Shown: positions 39,419-47,975 of the stretch, one piece after another
Layout: every line of letters begins with the position of its first letter
How positions within the stretch are numbered: position 1 is the stretch's first letter
Assembly: GCA_965223335.1 (NCBI GenBank)
Contig: OZ244991.1
Coordinates: 480,001-544,000, forward strand
From: Thermodesulfobacteriota bacterium
GTDB taxonomy: Bacteria; Desulfobacterota_D; UBA1144; Nemesobacterales; UBA2774
Reading direction: 5' to 3'
DNA length: 64,000 nt
Program-made: the position numbers and the translations under genes
The notes under the pieces: model-generated
Databases searched by the model: none
The model's input: only the letters and a program-made list of their open reading frames with translations
What the model was told of the DNA's origin: nothing

Positions 39419-42223
39419 TTATTTAGCTGCACCCCAATCACGAGGGTTGTCATCCAGACTGTTGATAAATCCATTTCCGTTGGCTTCACTGCAGTACGAT
39501 CCAAGAGCATGGTAGCCGTTTGCTCCGAGTCCCGGACAGAATGGGAACCCTAGCTCAGGACAACCGAGTGTGTCAACCGGAGCATTGTTAAACTGATCCA
39601 GAAGCTCGGCACACTTGCCGCCTCCTAAATCCAACCCCGGAGGACTACCGTTAAGCTCTTGCTTCGACCGTCCGCCGCCGCACCAATCTGCGCTACAGCA
39701 ATTATCAAACAGGTCGCCTACGCTGATTGATGATCCGTCAGGCGCAGTTACAGTCTCGCTTTCACAGTCACCACCGGCTAGCCGTGAAGTCTCAATATTG
39801 AGCTCAGCCGCCGTACAAGCCCTCACTAACTGCATTTGCTGTGGTGATGTGCCATCGCCACCATTAGCTGCTTGCCTGTCTGCATTGCCCCAACCAAGAT
39901 CCTCAGTGGTCGAGAAATCCATACCAGGAACTGCGGTGTTAAGATCTACCCCACAACTTGTCAATCCTGAGAGCACTACGGCCTCATCACAAGATGAAGG
40001 ATCATCGTCACCGCCAAAGAGGTTTTCAACCACGTTACAATGTGTACACCAGAATCCAGGCGTGCGGTGTGCACAGCCCTCACCACAATTTGCTATACAT
40101 GTGGCCTGCGTGCTGCTAGTAACCTCTTTCGGCAGTTGAGTAATAGGATCTAACACAGGTAGACCGTCTCCCCTGTCAATATTACAGGTAACAGTGGCGG
40201 TGTTAATTAGATTCACCCCGCCTGTGTCGACATTACATGTAATATCATCGGAAGAACCCTGAGATGCCAAAGTACCAATATCACTATCGCAATCGTCATG
40301 TGAGAGGTCATCAACAACACAGTTGATCAATTCGGCTGTCCCATTGTTTACAACAGAAATTGTAACAGTGTTCAAACCAGTTTCTTGATCACAGTCACTG
40401 CACTGTTTTTCTATATTCACATCAGGTGTCTGACATTCGAGTTCAGCATCATCATCAACCTCTATCTCTGCAAGTATCAGACCTGTGGCATCACTGCGAC
40501 ATTCACACTGCAGTGTACCAATGTTTACACCCTCAACCGTGAAACCATTCTGCAGCTCTTGACCGCAGAGAAGCTCATCATACTGGGTCGGAGGTACAAG
40601 GATATCAATTGATCCTGTAATAGAATTAGGATCACCAATTGGTCCCAGAATGTTGTCGGTGAGTGTACACTGAGTAGTTGTAGCCACTGCACCATCAATG
40701 TTGATTTCGTAGAGGTATTGAACTGGTTCATCTGTCCAGCCTATAGCGCTCTGCTCAAACCCTAGACCTGCATCAACAGATTTCACAATAGAAACCTCTG
40801 GGCACCTTTCATTAGTACAAGTATCACTGCTGTCACGTACTAATCTCTTTCCGCCCGAGTTTGCAATTGTACAAGATAGCTGAGCTTCGTTGAGTATACT
40901 GCCTTCAAAATCTGGCAGATCCGATGTACAGCTGACTGTATCTGCGGGATTTAGGTCAAAGTCAGCAGGATCAACGCCCTGTCCACAATCGAGGTTCAAG
41001 ATCTGCCCGTCAAATTCATCCACGATTGAACAATCCACTAGTGGGGCTGTTCCTGTATTCTCGGCATCAAGTTGTACACTATCATCTATACCGTCTAATG
41101 GGTCATCATCATCTTTACACACTTTAGAGAATGTTGCACCAGGTGTCTGACACTCGAAATCGGCTTTATCATAAGCTTCATTGGCCTCAACCGTTTCCCC
41201 ACCAATCAAACATGTACAGTTCGCTTCGGCCGTATCAGGTTCCCCCGCAGCAAGATCATCCGAACAGGATTGTGTATCCAACGCGACTGGTCCTAATTCT
41301 CCTTCAACACCTACTGTATATTCAGTCCCTGAGGGATCAGAAAACCCAGAGTTGCTTTCGGAGATAGTACACGTTAGTTCAGCCTCGCCAGCATTCTGAA
41401 GAAGATACTGAACGGATACATTCTCTGCTTCAACGCCATCATGGGCATTCCATGAATAACATGCGATTTCATGCCCGTCATCATCCATAGTCCCGAATCC
41501 GACATCTAAAAAATTGTGTGTTCCATCTTCTGCATCACAAGAAATCTGTTTGTCAATTTTAACCTTACACGCTGGTGGGTAAAGTTGTGGTGCTGAAGCC
41601 CCAGCAAATCCAGTTACTACAGGATCACATAACGGATCAGCAGATTGAACTCCATTTGGAAGAGTTTCTGCTGACATGAAGAATGTGCCATTAGGATTAT
41701 CAACTGGTTGTAGAGCCTTAACCCGAATTGTCACAACATTAGTTAATGCCCCTTTTGGCAGAAATACACCTGACAATTCATCTACGTCAATCAACACCTT
41801 ATTACTATCTCCCACCACCTCTGCACAACTTAACACTCCAGCTGCATTCGAAACACAGCCGTTCATGTTTACCGGTATGAATTCCAATGTGCCTGGAAGT
41901 TCCACTAAACATCCATTATCATCACATGCAAGAGTATGAGTTATATCTTTAACAAGTTCTGCGTCTACTTTCGTATCTGGATCGTTTAGAAGCCCGAAGT
42001 TATTTGTTAGTGTTATTGTTATATCTCTTTCCTCCCCAGTTTCCAGAGGTGTGGCTGGAGCCGAAAACCCAAGACTGACATTACCACCACATAAATCTGC
42101 TAATGCAACCTCAACATTTACAAACGTAAAACTAAAAACCAATAGAAACATCAACCCCGTGTACCATAAACATCGGGCTGAGTTAAAAATTGATGAATTG
42201 TAACTTCTACAATGTATTTTCAT
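39419..42223 (-). CDS. Large secreted acidic Cys-rich protein with four Ig-like (DUF11/DUF7507-like) repeats
   Basis: Signal peptide ending VALA; 50 Cys counted; repeats with IxK...NxG...D...N pattern; RTPGFWCTH opens the C-terminal domain. Start put at ATG 42223 after GAGAGGT (42241 is the alternative). Confidence 0.8.
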   Translation of the reverse strand: MKIHCRSYNSSIFNSARCLWYTGLMFLLVFSFTFVNVEVALADLCGGNVSLGFSAPATPLETGEERDITITLTNNFGLLNDPDTKVDAELVKDITHTLACDDNGCLVELPGTLEFIPVNMNGCVSNAAGVLSCAEVVGDSNKVLIDVDELSGVFLPKGALTNVVTIRVKALQPVDNPNGTFFMSAETLPNGVQSADPLCDPVVTGFAGASAPQLYPPACKVKIDKQISCDAEDGTHNFLDVGFGTMDDDGHEIACYSWNAHDGVEAENVSVQYLLQNAGEAELTCTISESNSGFSDPSGTEYTVGVEGELGPVALDTQSCSDDLAAGEPDTAEANCTCLIGGETVEANEAYDKADFECQTPGATFSKVCKDDDDPLDGIDDSVQLDAENTGTAPLVDCSIVDEFDGQILNLDCGQGVDPADFDLNPADTVSCTSDLPDFEGSILNEAQLSCTIANSGGKRLVRDSSDTCTNERCPEVSIVKSVDAGLGFEQSAIGWTDEPVQYLYEINIDGAVATTTQCTLTDNILGPIGDPNSITGSIDILVPPTQYDELLCGQELQNGFTVEGVNIGTLQCECRSDATGLILAEIEVDDDAELECQTPDVNIEKQCSDCDQETGLNTVTISVVNNGTAELINCVVDDLSHDDCDSDIGTLASQGSSDDITCNVDTGGVNLINTATVTCNIDRGDGLPVLDPITQLPKEVTSSTQATCIANCGEGCAHRTPGFWCTHCNVVENLFGGDDDPSSCDEAVVLSGLTSCGVDLNTAVPGMDFSTTEDLGWGNADRQAANGGDGTSPQQMQLVRACTAAELNIETSRLAGGDCESETVTAPDGSSISVGDLFDNCCSADWCGGGRSKQELNGSPPGLDLGGGKCAELLDQFNNAPVDTLGCPELGFPFCPGLGANGYHALGSYCSEANGNGFINSLDDNPRDWGAAK

Positions 42224-43119
42224 TGTTCCCATACCTCTCATCTATTGAATTTCCTCGTTTTATCCAGAAATTATCCCAAACCCATAAAAGAGTTCTTACC
42301 AACCCCGTTGCCCGAAATCGAAGAACTCTCACCCCTCAATTCAAAAAACAAGTGTTTAGGACACTTTCTTTGCCATAACATCAAAACAATCAACAATCTA
42401 TCAACATCTAACTAAAACAGAGTGATTGGTCACTCATCGTATTAGGTATCTACCTAATTTTTTCTCTACCCCATACTCCAATCTGACTTTTTAATCATTA
42501 TGATTTTTTCTATCACCTCCATGCTTTTTTATTCTCAATCATATGCTAAATCTAGATATCATTGACTTATTAAGTCTCCACTAATTCTTCTAATATATTT
42601 TGCGAACAACAATTTACAAATTTTTGCTAATTACTAAATACATACATATATACTTACTATCTAGCAGAAATTGGTGGGTATTGTAAGTATTAATTTTGCT
42701 TAGGACTTAAGCATGATACCTTCTGTTAATTCAATACTTTAGTATTAAGCAATCAGAGATGTAAATTTACTATGTCAATCACGCAACAACAAACATATTA
42801 TCAATGTTAAGAATATGTTATGTAGTTTTATTGTTGTAATATCTGTGAAAATGCATGCGCGTAGACATAGTTTCAATTGGTTACATAATTTTAGCGGATT
42901 GCCAAACGGTTGCGCTAAATTTTAATTATTTGTGGATTTCGCAATCGAAATAACGCTTGCTAGTTAATACGTACCGCCGTATTGCCGGCCCAGCAAATAA
43001 GATGCTGAAACAATATTAAATCAGATCTCATGAACATTGAAAATAACGATAGGTCATGATGTGATTCAGGAACCGTTCTTGAGAATTTACAATCTATAGA
43101 GACTAAATGATAAATATTG

Positions 43120-43205
43120 TGGCGGAGGGCGAGGGATTCGAACCCCCAAGTCCGTAAGGACGCCGGTTTTCAAGACCGGTGCATTAGCCGTTCTGCCAGC
43201 CCTCC
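43120..43205 (-). tRNA. tRNA-Ser (anticodon UGA), CCA encoded
   Basis: GGAGGGCTGGCAGAACGGCTAATGCACCGGTCTTGAAAACCGGCGTCCTTACGGACTTGGGGGTTCGAATCCCTCGCCCTCCGCCA: acceptor stem, long variable arm, TTCGAA loop, G73. Confidence 0.97.
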
Positions 43206-43293
43206 GAATCTGTGTAAGAATCTATTATACACCGACCATAACTATTTGTAATCAAAACCGGTGTCTCTAAACTTAAGGTGTTATAATCCAGGT

Positions 43294-43518
43294 TTAAGAC
43301 TCGATAATTATTTTGTGGGAGTGACTTTTTAAAGCTTTTAGCAGTTTCGGGTCCAAAATCTCGTCATTTACATTGCGCAGCACCACTATTGAGTTAAACA
43401 TCCTGGCTGTGTCTATAATTGCATATATATCGTCTTTGCACTCCATAAAATCAATAGACACGCTAAACCCTAGCTGAAGAAGTTCAATTACCCTTGCAGT
43501 TTTATCGTTATCGCTCAA
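43294..43518 (-). CDS. Small hypothetical protein
   Basis: 74 aa, TTG start after GGAGAG, alternating helix/strand-like pattern, fills the gap between phosphatase and tRNA. Confidence 0.5.
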   Translation of the reverse strand: MSDNDKTARVIELLQLGFSVSIDFMECKDDIYAIIDTARMFNSIVVLRNVNDEILDPKLLKALKSHSHKIIIES

Positions 43519-43594
43519 TTGCAGTTCTCTCCACTACACACACTAAGTCGATCTCAGTTATCACTTTGAATTACACTACACGGTAAACAAGTGG

Positions 43595-44194
43595 TCAGAG
43601 TATTTTCTGTAGGTCCTCGTCCACAATCTCAACGGGCTCTACACTCTCATTTATGTTTGCCCTAAAGTTGCTCAGGTCCACACCCTTTAACGCGCACGTA
43701 AACATAGACCGTATGTGTTTATGCATCACTACAAGCACTCTTTCACCCTCATAGGTTAGAGCTATCTCGCGTATAGCTTCTACTATCCTTTGCTGCGCCT
43801 CTTCCATGGTCTCGGGCCCCTCAGGGATCGCAACACTGGTGTCTCCGTCGATAAACCAGCGCTTAAACTCCGAGTTCGGGTCCTCGAGAAGCTCCTCTAC
43901 CTTTTGCCCGTTCCATGTCCCGTGATCGAACTCACGCAAGCTCTGGTGGATATGGAGTGGAAGACCGAGGTGATCTGCATAAGTCTTAGAAGTCTCATAT
44001 GCACGCTTTAGTGGGCTGGTAACTATCCTGTTAACACCCAGATTCTCGATCATAGGGATGTTTTCTCTGGCTTCATTGATGCCGACATCGCAGAGAGGCA
44101 AATCGGTGGTGCCTATAAGGCGGTTCTCAAGATTCCATACCGTCTTGCAATGTCGAGCTAAAAATATCTGAGCTGTGGCTGCTTTTTGGTTCAT
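43595..44194 (-). CDS. Histidine phosphatase (phosphoglycerate mutase-like) family protein
   Basis: LARHCKTVWN, TSPLKRAYET, LREFDHGTWNG, VLVVMH. Confidence 0.88.
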   Translation of the reverse strand: MNQKAATAQIFLARHCKTVWNLENRLIGTTDLPLCDVGINEARENIPMIENLGVNRIVTSPLKRAYETSKTYADHLGLPLHIHQSLREFDHGTWNGQKVEELLEDPNSEFKRWFIDGDTSVAIPEGPETMEEAQQRIVEAIREIALTYEGERVLVVMHKHIRSMFTCALKGVDLSNFRANINESVEPVEIVDEDLQKIL

Positions 44195-44298
44195 GGTTAT
44201 CCTAATCCATACTAATCACTGTTTTTTATGATATATCCGGGAGATGGCTAAATATACCAAAGCAAAAGCATTTTACAAGACTATATTAGTTAGACCTA

Positions 44299-45966
44299 CT
44301 AATTACCGGTAGCTGCTGCAGTATCCGCATTACCGTTATCTTTCTTTAGCGCTGGCAGATAAGTACCGCCTAGAAGGACATGGCCCTCTTGAACACCTTG
44401 TTTGAGCCTATCTACCACATAATCCCTGTCCATCCCTAGGATGTTAACCCCATGGTCACTCTCCACCAAACACAGCATCTTGATGCTGGTGCCGTTTTGG
44501 TTCGCAACTTCGAATATCGCATTGTAATTAAGAAGCGCTGCCTCAACAGTACCACACGGCAGTGATGGATTTTTGGCCCCTGCAAAGTATTCACTGTTGC
44601 CGAACCAACTGGGGTCTGGGTACCCATGGAAATGCAGGATAGGCAGTCCGTCTTTAATCAACGCAGGGGTGTAGAGTGCCGTAGCCATGGCCTGTGCCAA
44701 TATAACAAATGTATCGAATGAGGGTCTAATGTCCCTTCGTGCCAGGTCTATACCCTTCGGGGTCTGCAGTTGTAGTTTTCCTTTTATTAGCCCTATCCTC
44801 ACTATATCCCTATTGGGGTCGAGGTTGGTCTTGTCGCAGCCCGAGCGCGAGGTTACAATCCAAATATCGGGCACTTGCTGATATGTCTCTTTCTTGTTAA
44901 TTTTTGTTTTAACGTACCACCTGCCGTCATCGCTCTCACGAACATACTCGTTACTGAGGCCATCTATCTCTTTTAACGAAGCCCAATCGGCTTTTTTGAG
45001 TTTCTTCTTACCCTCGTAGATTGGGGCTTCAGCAAGGGCTATAAACCCATAAGACACACCGGTTCGTCCCTCGAGTATTCTCTCTACGACATCACGGTGC
45101 GAGAGCCTAGAGACTTTTTCGCTGAACTTAGACCCGTGGGGAAAGAGCTCAGTGTCACGGGCCTGCTTGCCAAGATTTGTAAGCTGTTCCACATAAACCG
45201 ATTCCTCGGGACTGTATTCACTCTGTTTAAACCTATTAAGCACTGGGGGCTTAATAGGGGCGTATATCTTTGGTATAAGCGAATTTAAAATAAAACTGTC
45301 GATCTCTTCTTTTTTAAATATTGAATCGGACAGGTTCATGTTTATGAGTGAGAATTTATCTGGTGCCACACCCATCACAATCTCTGACATTGTAGAGATT
45401 AAGTTGCTAAGCCCTATAGCGATCTTACGATCATATGATGTGCTCTCGGCCGCAAACTCGGGGTCAAGAGGCATTAATGTTATGATCTGGGTATTAAACG
45501 GGTCCTGAACATAACGGGCTGTAAAATCGTCTGCCCACCCGCTTATCTTTAGAATATCCATCACCGAGCGCTCGGGTTTCCGCATCCATCCGTAAATGGT
45601 CTCTGCCACCCCGCTCATAACCTTGCGGAATGTGGAATATTCTCTTTTTACGTCTATCACAGCATGTATGCTGCTCCTAACCTTTCTGGGAGCAATCAAC
45701 TTTGCCATAATACCCTTTGATGCATCAGAAGCTTCTTCCCAGGGGATTACCTGAACACCGTTTTCCCTCAGTTTATCCTCAAGCTGCTGCCTAAAATCCT
45801 TCACTATCATGTTGCGATAGCTGTCGGGTAAAGGCCTAAAAGTAACTTTCACCCTAGTAGCCATCTCGTGTGGCTGTTTCGGGTTTACTATATCCTTTTT
45901 AACAGGCATTCCTGTGAGTGCTACGATTGTTTTCAGTTCTAAATCGGCAAATTGCCCTTCTTGCAT
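44299..45966 (-). CDS. Hypothetical protein with C-terminal class II aldolase/adducin-like domain
   Basis: 555 aa, GGAGG RBS; VTSRSGCDKTNL..DIV, RPSFDT, ILHFHGY, ESDHGVNILG match the class II aldolase motif order. Confidence 0.65.
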   Translation of the reverse strand: MQEGQFADLELKTIVALTGMPVKKDIVNPKQPHEMATRVKVTFRPLPDSYRNMIVKDFRQQLEDKLRENGVQVIPWEEASDASKGIMAKLIAPRKVRSSIHAVIDVKREYSTFRKVMSGVAETIYGWMRKPERSVMDILKISGWADDFTARYVQDPFNTQIITLMPLDPEFAAESTSYDRKIAIGLSNLISTMSEIVMGVAPDKFSLINMNLSDSIFKKEEIDSFILNSLIPKIYAPIKPPVLNRFKQSEYSPEESVYVEQLTNLGKQARDTELFPHGSKFSEKVSRLSHRDVVERILEGRTGVSYGFIALAEAPIYEGKKKLKKADWASLKEIDGLSNEYVRESDDGRWYVKTKINKKETYQQVPDIWIVTSRSGCDKTNLDPNRDIVRIGLIKGKLQLQTPKGIDLARRDIRPSFDTFVILAQAMATALYTPALIKDGLPILHFHGYPDPSWFGNSEYFAGAKNPSLPCGTVEAALLNYNAIFEVANQNGTSIKMLCLVESDHGVNILGMDRDYVVDRLKQGVQEGHVLLGGTYLPALKKDNGNADTAAATGN

Positions 45967-45976
45967 TATTTCTTAA

Positions 45977-46121
45977 CCTCCGCCTTAACACTTAAATACA
46001 AAAACAGCGGCGTATTCGAGTACAATGAGAATCTATTTTCTACTACTCAATGACAGCCCGCAGTGTTTTTCTCTTGTAAAAGACCAACTACAATTATAGA
46101 TCATAGCCGCCCGATACACAA
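45977..46121 (-). promoter_or_regulatory. Putative promoter and structured 5' leader of the 555-aa gene
   Basis: TTGTGT-17 nt-TATAAT (46121-46093); irregular hairpin 46000-46070; RBS GGAGG 45977-45981. Confidence 0.45.
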
Positions 46122-46178
46122 TTCATCAAATATTAAAAATCCCTCTACATATATAATCCAATAATCAAAGGGCTAAAA

Positions 46179-46901
46179 TCATGCAGCTATCTGTTTCTCT
46201 CCCCACTCGAGTGTGTCTTCCATCTGAGTTCTTACAATAGCCATAAGCTCTTGCCTGCCCTTTTTCCCCGAGGGCAGATTATCCGTTGGGATAGGGGGAA
46301 GAACTTTTACAAGCATCTTCCCTGACCTGACCGACTTGGAATTTTTAGGGAGTATATTCTTGCCGCCTATTATCACCATAGGTACTACAGGGACCTTGGC
46401 CAGCATAGCTATAAAAAAGCCCCCCTCCTGAAAAGGCAGCAGGTTACCGTCATCGCTCCTCGTCCCTTCGGGGGCAACCATAACTGAGGGACCCGAGCGT
46501 ATCTTGGCCACAATTTTTTTAACCTCCGAGCTGTCTGAGCTCGAACCGTCGCGAGCAACAAAATAGTGGCCCGTTAGCCTCGATACCCAGCCTATAAAAG
46601 GCAGGTTGGCTACCTCTTTTTTCATTATCGCTCTCCAGTCAACCGGCATTACGGCCTGAAACGCAAATATATCAAACGTACTCTGGTGGTTGTACATAAT
46701 CACACAAGGTGTTTCGGGTATGTTATCTAAACCCTCTGCTTTTAGGTCTACCCCCCCAGTAAATAGTATCATCTTGGCCCAAGGCTTAACCGCATACTTA
46801 GTTACAAGCTCGGGTTTAACCAGCGATAGTATGACTCCGTATATTCCGAAAAATGTCGTGTAGAGAATAAATGAGATAAAACAAACAACCGATCGTATCA
46901 T
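46179..46901 (-). CDS. plsC: 1-acyl-sn-glycerol-3-phosphate acyltransferase
   Basis: NHQSTFD, KKE, PEGTRS; start ATG 46901 or GTG 46931. Confidence 0.88.
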   Translation of the reverse strand: MIRSVVCFISFILYTTFFGIYGVILSLVKPELVTKYAVKPWAKMILFTGGVDLKAEGLDNIPETPCVIMYNHQSTFDIFAFQAVMPVDWRAIMKKEVANLPFIGWVSRLTGHYFVARDGSSSDSSEVKKIVAKIRSGPSVMVAPEGTRSDDGNLLPFQEGGFFIAMLAKVPVVPMVIIGGKNILPKNSKSVRSGKMLVKVLPPIPTDNLPSGKKGRQELMAIVRTQMEDTLEWGEKQIAA

Positions 46902-46931
46902 TGTATTACCATCCCAAGGGGTCAAGCGCAC

Positions 46932-47816
46932 TCAGTTAGACAATATAGTCAAGCTCCGGGGCAGGATGCTCACCTCGTGAGTGCCGGGTGCTAAGTAAAA
47001 CGGCTCACCGTCCATGTGCGCCGGCACATCGGAGTGTAAGGTGAGCAGCATTTTAGTAGCCTTTTTAAGCTCTACCTCTTCAATATCCGCATGTGTGCCT
47101 TTCATCACTTTGGGAATTTTCAATAACCTGTTTAGAGAAGACATATCGCTTATAATATGGAAATCCAGTATACCGTCATCAACACTGGCATCAGGTGCAA
47201 GCTTAAACTTACCACCCTGGTATATGCCGTTCGATGCACCGGCAAGCAAAAGCACTCCCTCGTATTCCCAGTCCCCGATCTCTACACCGACCCTAAAACC
47301 GTTAAACTTAAGGGCTTCCTGCACTGCACCCCAAAGATAGCCCAACTCACCGCCGAATTTTTTGAGATTTTTGAACCTATGCGACACCGCACCGTCGAGC
47401 CCTATCCCAAGCCCGTTGATAAAACACCTGTCCCCAAGTGTGCCGACATCCACCTTCCTCGGACTGCCGCTTAGTATATTGTCGAGAGCAGTATCAACAT
47501 CCTGGGGGATGCCTGCAGCCTTTGGAAAATCATTACCACTTCCCGAAGGCACAATCCCTAGGACCGCATCGGTGTTCTTAAGCACATTGGCAATCTCGTG
47601 CGATGTGCCGTCCCCGCCCACAGATACAATATGCGTGTACCCTTTTTCAAGGGCACTACTCGCAAGAGCCATAGCCCCGCCCCCAGCCTCTGTAAACTCA
47701 TACGCAGCATCTATCTCATTTTGCTCCATATGGGCCTTAATGGTGGGTACCAGCGCTTGGGTTCTTCCTTGTCCAGCGGCAGGATTAATGATAAATATGT
47801 ATTTTTTGGCTTCCAA
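46932..47816 (-). CDS. Diacylglycerol kinase family (YegS/DgkB-like) lipid kinase
   Basis: INPAAG, GGDGT, GSGNDF, GIGLDG, DDG, MDGE; TTG start. Confidence 0.9.
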   Translation of the reverse strand: MEAKKYIFIINPAAGQGRTQALVPTIKAHMEQNEIDAAYEFTEAGGGAMALASSALEKGYTHIVSVGGDGTSHEIANVLKNTDAVLGIVPSGSGNDFPKAAGIPQDVDTALDNILSGSPRKVDVGTLGDRCFINGLGIGLDGAVSHRFKNLKKFGGELGYLWGAVQEALKFNGFRVGVEIGDWEYEGVLLLAGASNGIYQGGKFKLAPDASVDDGILDFHIISDMSSLNRLLKIPKVMKGTHADIEEVELKKATKMLLTLHSDVPAHMDGEPFYLAPGTHEVSILPRSLTILSN

Positions 47817-47975
47817 CTAAAATCCGTATCAGTATAGATTTAAGTATATAAATATATCCGCTATAATCCTAAGTTACAAAGCAACCCACCTCGGTTACTT
47901 GAAAACAATCCCTTTTTATGGTATTTAAATTCGGTTTATTCGGATATTTTCTTATGATTCTATAGGAGGTTGTTA

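Noticed and set aside
39291..39515. 74-aa plus-strand ORF and second hairpin at 39374-39401
   Set aside because: The ORF starts inside a terminator and overlaps a real gene antisense; the hairpin has no U-tract and no assignable role.
42340..42380. GGCAAA plus a hairpin as a c-di-GMP-I riboswitch
   Set aside because: The GNRA-capped P2, GACGCAAA junction and P3 receptor are missing.
42990..43075. Fragments GATGCTGAAACAA and GTCATGATGTGATTCAGGA resembling REP-like palindromic elements
   Set aside because: Too short and degenerate, single copy in the window, no complete inverted repeat.
36670..43119. Active prophage or integrative element at tRNA-Ser
   Set aside because: No integrase, transposase or phage gene, and no repeat of the tRNA 3' end was found by eye.
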